From the NCBI GenBank assembly GCA_050084515.1, contig CM114271.1, positions 49,290,001-49,354,000 of the forward strand: DNA of 64,000 nt. The letters run 5' to 3'. The position numbers and the translations under genes are program-made. The first letter of the stretch is position 1. Each line of letters starts with the position of its first letter. The notes under the pieces were generated by a model. That model ran no database searches. It was given only the letters and a program-made list of their open reading frames with translations, and was not told the origin of the DNA. This document shows positions 1 to 13,400 of this stretch, one piece after another. The stretch is from Blasia pusilla (Eukaryota).

Positions 1-759
1 CACCAACTCATCAATGGTAGAATCTTCAAGCTTTGTTGGCATGGGCTTAGGCAATGGATTTGAAATTGGTACCTCCAACTTGAATACTGTGGTTCTACCT
101 CTACTTCGACTGTGCTTTGTGAGGATAGCAACATCTTCTTCCACTTTCTTCCAATTAGTGCTGACACCTCCTTCTTCATTCTTGTATGCCAACATTATGA
201 AAAGCTTGTCCTCCAAATTCTCATCTCCCGCCTCAAGGAATAACTCGGTTTTCCTCAAGTCTAAAGTTGCCCTTTCCGAAGGAGAAAGCTGAAAAAACCG
301 CTTCTCAAACTCACCCAACAATTCATTTGGAGTCATTCCCTTCCTCGGATGTTGCTCTATCCATTCTAGAAAACTCCTCTTAGTCACCCAATCCACATCA
401 TCATCGAAGAATTCTCCTTTCAGCAACTGTTCGTACTCCTCCTGTGAGGTTGGATTTTCTGCTCTCAACTTCTTTACTTGACTACGGATCTCTGGTATTA
501 CAGCTAACTCAAAACTTGACACCATATCACCTTCGGGTACACGGTTTACCTCCGTCTCACAGACATACTCTCCAACATACTTGGTGATGTTCCTGCCATC
601 AAATCTCCCCAACTTCTTCATAATCGCTTGGAGAGCCCTTGTTGATCTTTGCTCTCCGATGTGAACTCCTCCTTGTTGGCTAAACAATGTTGTCAAAGTT
701 CGGAGAAGATCCTCAACTCCCTCAGTTCCCATTGATGAAGTACTCCCAAAAGTAGTCAT
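1..759 (-). CDS. gag: Ty3/gypsy-type Gag, N-terminal part (runs off window edge)
   Basis: Manual translation is open from ATG at 759 to base 1 (MTTFGSTSS...KKLGRFDGRNITKYVGEY...EFFDDD...FLEW...TELFLEA). It lies directly downstream of the PBS and LTR. Confidence 0.8.
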   Translation of the reverse strand, partial: MTTFGSTSSMGTEGVEDLLRTLTTLFSQQGGVHIGEQRSTRALQAIMKKLGRFDGRNITKYVGEYVCETEVNRVPEGDMVSSFELAVIPEIRSQVKKLRAENPTSQEEYEQLLKGEFFDDDVDWVTKRSFLEWIEQHPRKGMTPNELLGEFEKRFFQLSPSERATLDLRKTELFLEAGDENLEDKLFIMLAYKNEEGGVSTNWKKVEEDVAILTKHSRSRGRTTVFKLEVPISNPLPKPMPTKLEDSTIDELV

Positions 760-805
760 CTTGATAAGACTCCAACTTGCAAACACAAACTACTGCCTCA
801 AAGAG

Positions 806-823
806 CTCTCAGTGGAAGCACCA
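806..823 (-). promoter_or_regulatory. Primer binding site, probably tRNA-Thr
   Basis: TGGTGCTTCCACTGAGAG lies 2 nt from the LTR end and is complementary to a tRNA 3' end ...GGAAGCACCA. The Thr assignment rests on recalled plant tRNA-Thr(AGU) ends and is unchecked. Confidence 0.75.
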
Positions 824-825
824 TT

Positions 826-2100
826 TGTCGTGTCGAGAGTCTTTCTTCGAGCAAGGGCGGGCCTTCTAGCTGCGGTAGATGCGGTCGATGCAAGGTGAAC
901 TCTCTAATAAGTTCTCCTTTTTCAATACAAAATTATGATGTACACTCTCCATTCTCTCACGACAGGTATCACAAATGGAAGTGCCGAGGCGATCACTTCT
1001 TCGTAACATCGGACCCCAAAATTCCTAACTATAAAATCCCTATAAACTATTTTACGCTTGTACACGAGCAAGATAGCACAACTAGTGTTAAACCCTACTT
1101 GAGCAGGCCTATTGACATCCATGGATCGCTATATAAGGACATACAAAGTACAATCCCATGTCCTTCCATATGTGACAATAGGAAGAATCACCGGAGTTGG
1201 AGATTGCATGACCTGGTTCATGAACGCCTCCCCAAAGTGATAAACTAAATAGCGAGTGAACCAGTGCCTATCTACAAAGAGTACCTTGACATGGTAAGGA
1301 TTGAGGAAAAGAAAGTCAGGCATAGCTCGTGCTCCATCCCTATCCATCCTTGACAGACATTCTCTACTCTCCTCAAGAATGGGTTTTGGCGGAGTTATTC
1401 TCCCAAGAGGGGTAATCCACTCTCATTGGGGAAGTAACAAGCCAAAACATTCGTTATTTTAGTTTGACTAAACTCCTCTACGGTGACAAACCTCCCATCC
1501 CCACACACACACACACCACACTCTAGAAATCTCTCGAAGAATAGACCATGGTCAAGTTACTCTCTCAAGAGGGATGATCCACTCTCATTGGAAGAGCAAG
1601 CAATCCCAAAGCCATACACTCAAGAGAGACACGAGAGACTCAAGATGTGGAATAGAAGGTGATGAACCCTTGAAGGTCCCTCCTCTTTATATACTCACAA
1701 GGGATCCACAAGAGTACAAAATAGAGCTTATCTTATCTTGTGCCACATGGCTTCCTCTCAAGGCTTAGCCAATCACATTTTGGCACAAGTAGATTTCCTC
1801 GTTTCTCTTCCAAAATATCCTCTTTTACCCACATGATATTTTCCAGATTACCCCAACTAACCTAGCCACCAACCAAGACTACTTTTGCTTTTCACTAAAG
1901 CAACTACTTTACTTTTATAAAGTCATCTTTTATTTATTATCTCCTTTTTCTAAAGTTGGGCCCGCATAAAAGAGGCACCATAAAGATGTTTAAACATAAG
2001 AATCTCCTTTTTCTAAGCCAATTTACTTAATACTAATGAAACTCTATCTAACACTTAATGACGAAGGAGTTTACACACTGGTTGATTTTACTATACGACA
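826..2100 (-). mobile_element. 5' LTR of Ty3/gypsy-type retrotransposon (1275 bp)
   Basis: TGTCGT...ACGACA inverted termini, adjacent PBS and gag, and a homologous inverted copy at 6742-8187. Confidence 0.9.
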
Positions 2101-3324
2101 GCGGCTCTGAGCAGCGCTAGGCGGCGGTAGCGGCCGACGGTGGATGGTGGACGGTGGACCGTTGACGGTGACGGTTGATCGTTGAAAATGACGGTGGACC
2201 GTCAATATTGATGGTGGACCATTGACGGCGACGACAACCGCCGGCGCAGCGGCTGGTTTAGGATTTGAACGATTTAACCCTAAAAATCACCTAGCTATGG
2301 CAATTTTGCAAGATTAACCATAACTTTTTGCTCGCAACTCCAAATTGCTCATTTTCTATTGCATAGTGTGCACAGCTTTACAATCTATGACAGAATTAAA
2401 ACATATTTTGAATTGGACATTCCAGTAAAAAAAAATAGGGATTATCGTAAAGCCCAATGTCTCTTTCTCCTACACAAAATTTGGCAGCGCTTCCGCATTG
2501 ATTTCTAACAACGAAAATGTAAAACCTATGAGAATACAAATCAGCAAGCTACATGGTGCTCTTGAGAGCAGCGGCATGGAGCAATCCGCCCCCATACTCA
2601 ATTCCTATCAAAAATTGGGCAGCGCTTCCCCGTGCCACTCTCCCGTACAAAAAATCAACAAAGCAAAACAGCAAACTTGCACGACTCTTGCTCCGGTGAG
2701 CACTCCCATGAGCGATGAGGAAACACGGTCCCTCCACCTATACCAAATATCGAGCAACCAGCGAGCTCTCCCATGAAGCTCTCTCACTCACACATTCTCT
2801 CTTTGTAAAATAAGATCCAATATCTCTCACAGCACCATAGTTCTCACATGTGTGCACTCTCACATATATCTCTCAATGTCAAACCAAACCCACTCTCCTA
2901 ATGAGAGGCTTGGGTTACACACACAAGGGAAGCAAGACCATAGCTCCGCCGCCTCATGCCAAGAGGTTTCCACAAAGAGAGAATGAGCTCTCAAGCTCTC
3001 TCTTCTTGAGGTATATCCCTCCCCTCTCCCAAGCTCTCTCCATGGTAACCTATGCTCCCAAGTCACCTCCTTGGCTCTTGACCTGATGTAGGAGGTCAAG
3101 GGCCACTTACCAAAAATATAAAGTTAATCATATACTCAAAATGGTACTTACCTAAAATAGTAAGTTCCTTAATATGGCTCCAAATGAGCCAAAACGAAGG
3201 GAAAACCTGCTCTCTTAGGTTTCCCAGGGCCTTAGGAGGTCATCTTCGAACTACTGAGCTTGTCCTCCACTTCTCATGAAGGCGCTCTACTAGATCTTAT
3301 GGATCTATCCTAAAAGATGTGACA
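2101..3324. mobile_element. Probable partial LTR of another retroelement, interrupting the CACTA transposase and itself interrupted by the gypsy element
   Basis: Transposase homology (DGVNP) stops abruptly at 3325. The junction ends in AGATGTGACA, the same decamer that ends the mini solo LTR at 7746. Confidence 0.5.
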
Positions 3325-4430
3325 AGGGGTTCACCCCATCCATAGCTAACCCAAATCTACAATTTCTTTTTTCTTCGCCAAATTCAGGGTAAGTTTCATC
3401 AACATGAGCCCATGCTTTGCCATCACCTGCATGTCTAACCATCCCATCTTGGCTTTTGTTACATGCTGCCCACACCAATAATTGTGACAAGGTGGGACAT
3501 CTAAACATTCACCGCATCCTTGGGATGATGGGGAAGTGAATTACCTTACATGGTACTAACGACTTCCCTTCTTGCTTGAATTTAGACTTCTTGCATTGTG
3601 GGCAAGAAGTTAAATCTTTCGAATCTCCACGGAATAATCCACATCCAATGGGACATGCATGGTATGAGTTGTAACTCAATCCAAGCGGCCAAAAAGCTTT
3701 CCTATAAGCTTTTTGGCCGCATAGTAACTATGTGGAACATAGTTTCCTATCGAAATTACCAAATTACCAAGAAGCTTTAGAAACTCATAAACTGCAATGT
3801 TTGGCAAGTTATGAATAGCGGAAACATTGAAAAACAACATCACAAATCCTAAAATGGATATCCTTGCCCTAGGGAAAAGGGGCTTGCATGCTTGTGCAAG
3901 TTCTGGAAATTGGTAATCATCAATTCTCATATCACATTTGTCTATGGGATCCATTGGATCATCCCCAGTATCACCTAGGTTGTCCTCAGACCCTCCTTCA
4001 GGATCTTCATCATCTTGAAGGTTATCGTATTGCGTAAACATATCATTTAACATTTTTTGAACATCAATATCACCATCCACATTCAACCGCCTGTTTGTGT
4101 CATCTGGTAGACTAGGCTCTACATCAAGATGGGTTCTGTGTATGATTTTCTCAAATTGGTTCTTAAAGGACTCTTGGTCTTGAATTGACTATTCCTCATT
4201 AGAAGAGTCCCACTCATGTCTACTCTTTGATCAAAAAAATTCAGATGCTCCTCTATCCTATGGAGATAGATAAGTCCCCTCTTTGCATTGATTACAAGGG
4301 TACCTCACTCTCTTAATTCCCAACCTGCGGACCACAAGTTGCTCTCTTTGCCATAATTTCAAATCATGTGCTAAGATTCGATGTGGATGACCAAAAGGGA
4401 GTCGACCTTGGGAGGTCAACGGTGGTTTTA
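3325..4430 (-). pseudogene. CACTA TnpD-type (Transposase_21) 5' fragment, frameshifted
   Basis: RHAGDGKAWAHVD...RNCRFGLAMDGVNP and LAQACKPLFP...EFLKLL segments, homologous to 16476-18106. Confidence 0.9.
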
Positions 4431-5327
4431 TGGTAATTCTAATAAAAAATTAAGGAAAAAAGAATAGTCCAACAGAATACTTAAATCACACACATACGGA
4501 TACCCAACTTCAAACTTCAAGTGCCTATCAAACTTTCTAATCAGATAAATATACTTTTGAATTTACACTTTCACAAAAAACATGGAATTCAATGTTTGAT
4601 ATATAGTACCATACCCGTTTGTAGACCAACAAAGCAGGGGCTCTTGGAGATAAATGATTATACCTAGTCTCCGGCACCTGAAATCCATTACAAGTAATTG
4701 AGTTCTATAAGTATAGTAATAATATCAAGTGTGAGTTTCATGATGTGTTCACTTGTGTTGTGAGCATAACTAATATTACTATTCTTCTTATTAATATATA
4801 TTTGTACTTAAAACCCTCTTGTATCCCACGAGGTGTACAACAACACACGCATATTTTTATGGATGTGTTCGTCGATCAGCAGTATAAGGAGACCAACAGA
4901 TAGTCTTGTACTTGTAACTATAACTATGTTGGACAATTAAGCTACTTGCATAGTGTACATTAGCTAAATACCTAATTTTAGATCATCCATTGAATAAGTG
5001 TACTTGTGTTGAATGCTTAAAGAAGTACATTTCAATTTGTTCCTAGAATCTCTTGGGATTTACTGTCAATCATAATTTTGCATGCTTATTTAACATTAGT
5101 CACGAGTGCTCAATTCAAGTCTTCAAAATGTCAACAGTAAACATGTACATAATGGTGGTACTAATCAGTCCAGTTAATATATCCATTTCATGTCCTCACT
5201 AGATAATTTTTTTCACGTTCAATTCTTCCTTAAAACTCGTAATTTTTTTATTTAAATGTACATATGAGTTTAGTGGTCCACCCTAAACAAAAACCCTACA
5301 AAAAATTGGATATATCTAGTATGATAT

Positions 5328-6050
5328 GCCTTATATATTTGTAAAATTAGCAAAAACTTTGAGTGCATGCACCACATATGACACCATGTTCAAGCACAAT
5401 ATACACAAAGTCCTTCACCAATATCGATTCGGTGGTGGAATTCGACTCCATGTGCCGATTTCACATACACCCAAGCAAAAAATGCAAACTTTACCTGACA
5501 CACACCTTCCACTAGAACGAATGCAAACCAACCTATCAGGAACAACACCTTCCCATAAATTCCCATATTCTAGACGGACTTGCACAGCTTGGCCACCAAT
5601 AGTAGAGGCATACTTTATCAGATCTAACGCTCTCATCAATTTTGGGTCTTGCCTCTCACCATGCACAATCCCATGTGCATCACGACATACATGAAGCGTG
5701 ACTTATCGAACTACCCCAACCATCAACCATGCTAGTAGGGAGTATCGGTCCTTGGGTACTAGAACCATATCAACAAATCGCACGAACAAATGTCGGTATT
5801 CTTCATGGAACTTCCAATTTTTTGGATGCCTCATCACCCTAACGGCCCTCCACGGGTACCAATACTGTGCAAGGAGATGGAAAATTTATGCCCTTGTAGG
5901 TTCAGGCAATGCCATAATTCTATCAAAAATGCCCTAGGGCCCACTAAAACAAATAATCTTCACCTTCACCTCAAATGGCACGCTATGGAGCCTGTGCAAA
6001 AGGTAATGTTTTTCATAAGGAGTTCTGGAAAGAGATGAATTAGATGCCAT
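5328..6050 (-). pseudogene. Decayed ORF of unknown function inside outer CACTA
   Basis: One reading frame runs from ATG 6050 through the track ORF 5415-5666, broken only by isolated stops. It contains CIFC and CILC motifs. Confidence 0.55.
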
Positions 6051-6134
6051 TCCACCTCCTTTTACTCTTGGATCCCAACTTAATAAATTGGTAAGTAAAT
6101 CAGTGAGTGAATGAAGGGCAGAAAGGAGAGGAGA

Positions 6135-6222
6135 GTGAGTGAGTGAGTGAGTGAGTGAGTGAGTGAGTGAGTGAAGGTTATAATGCGGAGGGGTGAATAT
6201 ATGTAAGTAAATGCATCACAAG

Positions 6223-6317
<95 letters not shown>
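6135..6317 (+). repeat. (GAGT)n and (AG)n microsatellites
   Basis: Directly visible. Confidence 0.98.
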
Positions 6318-6321
<4 letters not shown>

Positions 6322-6741
6322 AGAGTGAGAGAGAGTGTGTGGACTGTTCATATTAAAGCACACTTGAGGATGTGGTACATTACCTTCTTCTCAACCTTCT
6401 CAACAACGGTAGAAGCAACAACAACTCTAGCAAGTGCTCCAATGCTCAATACGACGGAACTTGCTTCAATAGCATGTAAAATATCAGCCCATGCCTATAA
6501 TATCATAACACGAAAGAAATATACAAAGGGAGTGTGAGAAGAAGAGAGGGGGATATGTGGATAGTGAGGAGTGATAAAGTTTGAGATGAGGGTGGAGGGA
6601 AGCATCATGCAGTAATAAAGACTATTGATCAAGCAACGGGTTAGTTGAAAGAGTGGAAATATACTGCGAGACAACTGCCACAAAATCTCCATAATAACTT
6701 GGATCCTACAGAACCTATTTTGACACACAAACATGAAACGT

Positions 6742-8187
6742 TGTCGTATAGTAAAATCACCCAGTGTGTAAATTCCTCTCTCATTAAGTGTTAGAGAGAG
6801 TTTTATTAGTATTAAGTAAATTAGCTTAGGAAAAGGAAATTCCCTTGTTTAAACCACTTTATGGTGCCTCTTTTATGCCGGCCCAACTTTAGAAAAAAAA
6901 AAGTAATAAATAAAAGATGGGATTATAAAAGTAAAATAGTGGGGTTGGTGCTTTAATGAAAGAAAAATAAAAGTAGTCTTGGTTGGTGACTAGGGTAGTT
7001 GGGGTAGTTTGGAAGATATGAAGTGAGTAAAGGGGGATATTTTGGAAGAGATAAGAATTAATCTACTTGTGTCAAAATGTGATTGGCTAAGCCTTAAGAG
7101 AAAGTCATACAGCATAAGATAAGATTAGTCCTATTTCATAGTTTTTTGGATCCCTTATGAGTATATAAAGAGGAGGGACTTTCAAAGGCTCATCACCTTC
7201 TACTTCACATCTTGAGTCTCTGGTGTCACTCTTGAGTGTATGGCTTTGGGATTGCTTGTTCTTCCAATGAGAGTGGATTATCCTTCTTGGGAGAGTAACT
7301 TGACCTTTGTCTATTCTTTGAGAGGTTTCTAGAGTGTGGTATGTGTGGAGATGAGAGACTTGTCACCTTAGATAAGTTTAGTCATACTATAAATAGAGGA
7401 TGGTTTGGCTTGTTATTTTCCCAATGAGAGTGGATTATCCCTCTTGGGAGAGCAACTCCACCAAATCGCATTCTAGAAGAGATTAGAGGATGTTTGTCAA
7501 GTATGGATAGGGGTGGAGCACGAGTTCTACCGGATTTTCCTTTCCTTAACCCGTACCACGTCAAGATTCTCTTTGTAGATAGGCAATTGTCGTGCGCATA
7601 CATATCGCTACACAACATACATCGCTGGTCACATCTACACCACACAACACCAATCTTCCCCACACACGGGTCGATCCACACATGTACAAAAATCAACTCA
7701 TACATATACATGAAGATCTCGGCCTATCGGCTACTCAGATGTGACACAATAGTTCACTCGCTATCTAGTTTATCACTTAGGGGACGCGTTCATGAACCAA
7801 GTCATGAAATCTCCAACTCTGGTGATTCTTCCTATAGTCAGGTACAGAAGGACATAGGATTGCACTTTGTATATCCTTATATATTTATCCATGGATGTCA
7901 ATAGGCCTGCTTGAGTAGGATTTAACACTAGTTGTGCTATTTTCTTGATGTACAAACGTAAAGTAGTTTACAAGAACTTCATAGTTAGGAATTTCGGGGT
8001 TCCATGTTATGAAGAAGTGATCGCCTCGGCACTAGCATTCGTGATTCTTGTCGTGAGAGAATGGAGGGTTTACATAATACTTCTATACTGAAAAAGGAGA
8101 AATTCTTATAGAGTTCAACTTGCATCAACCACGTCTACTGCAACTAGAAGGTCTGCCCTTACTCAAAGAAAGGCTCTCGACACGATA
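6742..8187 (+). mobile_element. Solo LTR of the same gypsy family as 826-2100, opposite orientation
   Basis: Begins TGTCGTATAGTAAAATC and ends CTCTCGACACGATA. Colinear reverse-complement similarity to 826-2100, no PBS after it, and flanks ACGT/ACTT (3/4 match). Confidence 0.9.
7588..7746. mobile_element. 159-bp miniature solo LTR (TRIM-like) inserted in the solo LTR
   Basis: Absent from the 826-2100 copy. TGTC...GACA termini and a perfect CAAT duplication at 7584-7587 and 7747-7750. Confidence 0.8.
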
Positions 8188-8499
8188 ACTTGGGAAGCAT
8201 GAACATGGGAGAGAATTTTGAAACGGAAGAAGAATCGAGAAATCTCGAGTCTGCAAGGTGCTAGCAAGAGGAGTACGTGGAGTTGGATCAATCAAAGGTA
8301 GCTCGGGTTGGTTTATTGGAGCGAATGAAGAAGTTGGAGGTACACTTAGTGTCCTTTGATCGCTAGGGGCTAGTTCATTTCTCCAACATGCAGAGGTAAG
8401 GTCAAGAAAATCCAATCTATTACGGCCAACATTGGCCTGACCCACGCACTGGGAAACTATACCTACGAAACTTTAACAATGGGTGCGGAAACTCCACCG

Positions 8500-8671
<172 letters not shown>

Positions 8672-8845
8672 CTACAGATCCACCGTTAGCCACAACAGAC
8701 ACTACTCCTCCCACCCCGCCCCGTTTAATTGATCGATCAATCAGCTAGCTCCAATCGACTTCACTACTTCAACTCCCACAATTTTGCAAGCCTCCTCCTC
8801 CAAGGAAATACACAAAAGTGCCCAAAAAAAGCTCCGCGCAGGGAG

Positions 8846-9275
8846 CACAAAGTCACAACACCATCAAAACTCCCTCCACAGCTACCCAATAATCAATTCC
8901 AACCAACATTATAGCTTCAACTTCCTCACAACACTTCCGCAACTCTCCTTCTCTGCTGAAATGTGCATAGGCACCAAAAATAGATTTTCGTGCAGCGCGG
9001 GGCAGGAAGAAACCGAGAGGCAGTAGTCTTTGCACGACAACAAGGAGGGCCAGGACACATAGAGGTGCCGAAAGCAAAGCTTTGGGCAAGAAACACACAG
9101 TCACAACACTGTAAGAACTCCCTCCACAACTACCCATTAATCGGTTCCAACCAACATCACTGCTTCAGCTCCCACACGGCACTTTTGCAACTCTCCTTCT
9201 CCGCTGAAATACGCATAGGTGCCAAAAATAGGACTCCTTGCAGCGCGGGGCAGCAATCTTTGCACGACAACAACG
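8846..9275. repeat. Tandem duplication, ~248-bp period
   Basis: CACA(A/C)AGTCACAACAC...AACTCCCTCCACA at 8846 and 9094, with colinear similarity downstream. Confidence 0.85.
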
Positions 9276-10482
9276 AGGGTTGGGAGAGAGAGGGAGAGAG
9301 AGAGAGAGAGGAAGCAGTGCGAGGCACAAAGACATCGAGAGGCACCGGAGGTTGCACGACAATAAGGAAGAACGCGGGAGCAACCACAGAGAGCACAACA
9401 ACAGGAACGCGGGAGCAACAAAGGCCGAGCGGAACGAAGGAAGGCACTAGAAGAAATCCCTGGTTTTATGACTAGGTTATATGACTCATATGAGTCATAT
9501 TTTACATACCACGACTAACAATGATTAACGACTACTTTAGACACAAAAGCCAAGTCATATTTGTTTGGCGACTAGGCTAACTAGGATGGTCAGCTTAGGT
9601 GGAGGTTGGTATATGACTAGAGGGTGTAGTCATGAGGCCATGACTAACATATCACTCAGATGACGTGGAATAATGACACATCATCAATGACATGGACTAT
9701 TTAGTGTGATGTGTAACTGATGACATGGACTATTGTTGTGACATGTCACTGATGATGTGGACTTGAGTACGACTCGTCTAGTCATATGTGTATATTTTTC
9801 TAGTTACCACCAACGACTCCTTTAGTCATGGTTGGTGTGCAAAAGTTCAGAATATCCTATCAAAATGCACCAAGTATACTCCATTGAGTTATAGTTGGCA
9901 ACTCATGTAGTCATTTTATTTTATTGAAATGTTGGTATGGACTCATGTAGTCATGTACTATGACTAGAAGAGTAGAGTTACATGACTACTATAAAAGAGG
10001 ACACAACTGGTTTAGTCGTGAAGATATGACTATATGAGTAGCGGAAATTATATAGTCATTGCAACAGAACTGCATGAGTCATACAATTATGACTAGAGAG
10101 AACTTGAAGCTTACTACTTTAGTTTTTGAAGAGTACTATGCAAGTTATATTGATATGACTAGTGGGAATATAAATTTTGGATATTTTAGAATGTTTATTA
10201 TGCCTTTTGAAGGGTGCAAGAATGAATGGATCTGAATTATTGAAATCCTCTTTTGAAAACAGATTTTGAGGGGTGGAATGTCACTTAAGAGTAGCTTCCA
10301 TACACCAAATTACAAAATTAATCATTATTACATGGGGTTATCATTCAAAAATAGATGAAAAAACAAATATCAAATATAATAGGGTTTATGATCTCATCTT
10401 GAAAGAGCAAGAGAGATTATGTCATCCATGAAAACAAAGTTATTGCACCTTAGATAGTTGGGTGCCAAAAGAAAAAACTATT

Positions 10483-13400
10483 CTATTGAATCACCTTTCT
10501 CATATGCATCTCTGGCCAGAGCATGCTTGAACCAAGAGCATCACCAAATGTTTCTTGTGCAGGTTCGTCTATCAAATTCGGCATCCACAAAGCATGTTCT
10601 GGTTCGAACACCTCGTTTAGATCAACCCTCACCACGCCTAAGGGGATGTCTTTGGCATGGATCTTGTCTCTCCCACCAAAACCTGATATAACTCCTGACC
10701 CAAGCACCATCCTACTCAACTTTGGCTTGGTGAGTAATACGTGATCACCAATTCGTAGCTAAAAAAATACACAGGCATTTAGTTAGTATCAATTCAAATT
10801 CTTTCCACATGCATTTGCACCATTAATCTGAAAATAAAAAACTGCTATGATATACCTGTTTGAAAGACCATCCCCATTTCGGAAGATGACGTGAAAAGTT
10901 CACAAGTCCTAGACGACCATTTGACTGTCCACAACAAGAATTATCAGTGTCGTCATATAAACCTTGAATAGAAGAGGCCATTATAGATGAGATAAATTAT
11001 CTTAGTTATTTTCTTAGACGGGCCTGATCTGATTTCACTTTCCTGCTCATTCAAACCATCGGATTGTAGCCTAGACTTCTGTCTTTTGGCTGGTGATGAT
11101 TTGGCTTGGCTATCCATACTCACGTTTTCTGCAAATTATGCACGACAAAGTCCATTGAAGGTTGTAAGAAAAAATGAGTTTTGTTTCGTGGATAGTTTGA
11201 AAACTATGCCACAGATAAATTCATTATGCCAAGGATGACATACTTACAAGTGATTCGAGTATCACCATCTGCACTTTCTGTGGAACTTCTCCTTTTGTTG
11301 CTCCGTTCTGGCACTTCAAGAAACAACCCAAGTATTGAGAAATGAATTGTAAAACCAGATTCTTCACTTCAACAAGTAATTATATTATAAGACCCTACAT
11401 GTAGTGAACCTAAACTCTCTACTTACCACCAGATTGTGTAGTTGCCATTGCCTCTTTTTGTGTGGAGATCTTCCTCTTCCCTAATTGTCCTCAGAGCGTT
11501 GGTATAGGTTCAACAGTGACTGTAAGTTACTCAAAACAAAGAAAGTCAGTTGTGAAATGCTCATGCTGGAAAGGACAAGTAGTTATAACCATTGAAAACC
11601 AAGGGCGGAAGAATGAGAATGGGCTACCTGATGTGAGCTTCTCATCTGTTGTTGCATATGGTTGAGAATTGGATGGCGGGGAACTAGAAATCTGGTGTGG
11701 TGTTGAAGACACATCCTTTGAAGTAAGTTTGGACACCATTTCCATGAGTACACTTAATGCCTTGTTTGCTGCGTTCCATCTGCAACTTCACATCATCCAA
11801 ATCTGCGCTCCACTTCTTTTCCACTTCTTCCAATTGAATAGTGACTCTATATTCCACACTCTGCATATATAATCCAACGATCAATTAGGTACCAAAAAAA
11901 TATGGTTTTGCAATTACACACTTAGATACAATCATGATACTAACACCATAATTCAACATGATTAATGATATGATATTAACTCCATGACCCAATCAAATGA
12001 AGGTCATAATACTAGCCATGTCAAGCCAACGGGTAAGAAAAAAGTCAAGCATTTACATTTACCGATGAACTCAATTGTGTGAAACCTGGTTGCTTAGGCA
12101 ACTCGCTTCTCTCCGTATATTCTAGCCCCGTACCCAAGGACTCCTTTGAGGTACGTTGTTGCACCTGCACATGCTCCTTAAATACATAAATAATGAAATT
12201 CATGCATGTGAAAGGACTCAATGCAAATATGGAAATAAAGCAATACTGGAAGTTTTCTACCATTATATAACTTTAGCAAGAAAACTAGGGAATGCCAAGA
12301 TGACTTACATCAAGTCCATCTAAACCTGCACGGCCGGAGAAATTTAAAGTCTGGACCTTGGCCCTTGCTCGAGCCATCTTTTCTGCCTTCATTTTGCCCT
12401 CCTCGGAGAGCCAATAATCTACTAATCGATTCCATGACTCCTCATTGGTATCAGGGTGACATGGGACTGCTCGATGAGCTCCATGTAATGTCCAATAGTT
12501 CTTGACATTGGATCGCTCGGTTTTCAATAGTTGTGCTATTTTTTTGTTCATGAAATCAAGCGAAAGAGATGATGCACCCACATATGTGTATGCCTCAAGG
12601 ATGTGATTTCAAGCAGCAGACCATCTTGATAGAATTTACATTTACCAATCTCAATGCATGATAAGTCCAAGTACCTCATCACCCATACCTTCAATTCATT
12701 TAGCCAAGGCTCATAACCAGGAACTCTAGGCGATGGAATACCATTTGGCATGAGCTCACATCTAGGTTTTAAGTTTTGCTCCTTCCTAATGGAGACATCA
12801 CGAGTCCACAAATCACGTTTTGTGCGACTCTGCCGCTCTTCTACAAATATACCACCATCCCAATTCTCACATGTAAAAAATGTAGGGCCGACGATTATAA
12901 ACTCACCAAATCATAATTATGTTGAACTATATTAACTATAAGACCAACTTATACTAGTAACAATTTCACACCTTTCATAATACAACAACCTATTTTAGTA
13001 TAAATTTGCAAACTCGGAACCAAGTGAGAAGTCACCTTTAGATGCACCTGCTTGCGGGGTCAAATTTTCTGATGGGCTTGGTGTTGTGCAAGATTGAGAC
13101 CTACTACGGTATAATTCATCATCCGTATTCCCGTTGGCCAATGGAGGTGCCAACGGTGTTGGGGGCAGCGGTTGGGATGGCCCATATCCCTTGTGTCCAC
13201 AAAAGAAATACAATTAGCTAGTTAGACTTCCAACTAATTGAATTCCCGTGTGCAAAACAAGAAAGAACATAATAGTAAGCCTACTTACCCATGGGGGTGG
13301 GATGTTCATGGATGATTGAGCTCCATTGGTCCATGGTGGCTGAAATTGACTTCCATAACCCATCGGTGATTGCATCATCATTGGTACCCACCCACAAGAT

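Noticed and set aside
6178-6537. ER/SL dipeptide ORFs here and at 8420-8748, 19432-19867 and 20879-21190
   Set aside because: Artefacts of (AG)n tracts, which have no stop codons.
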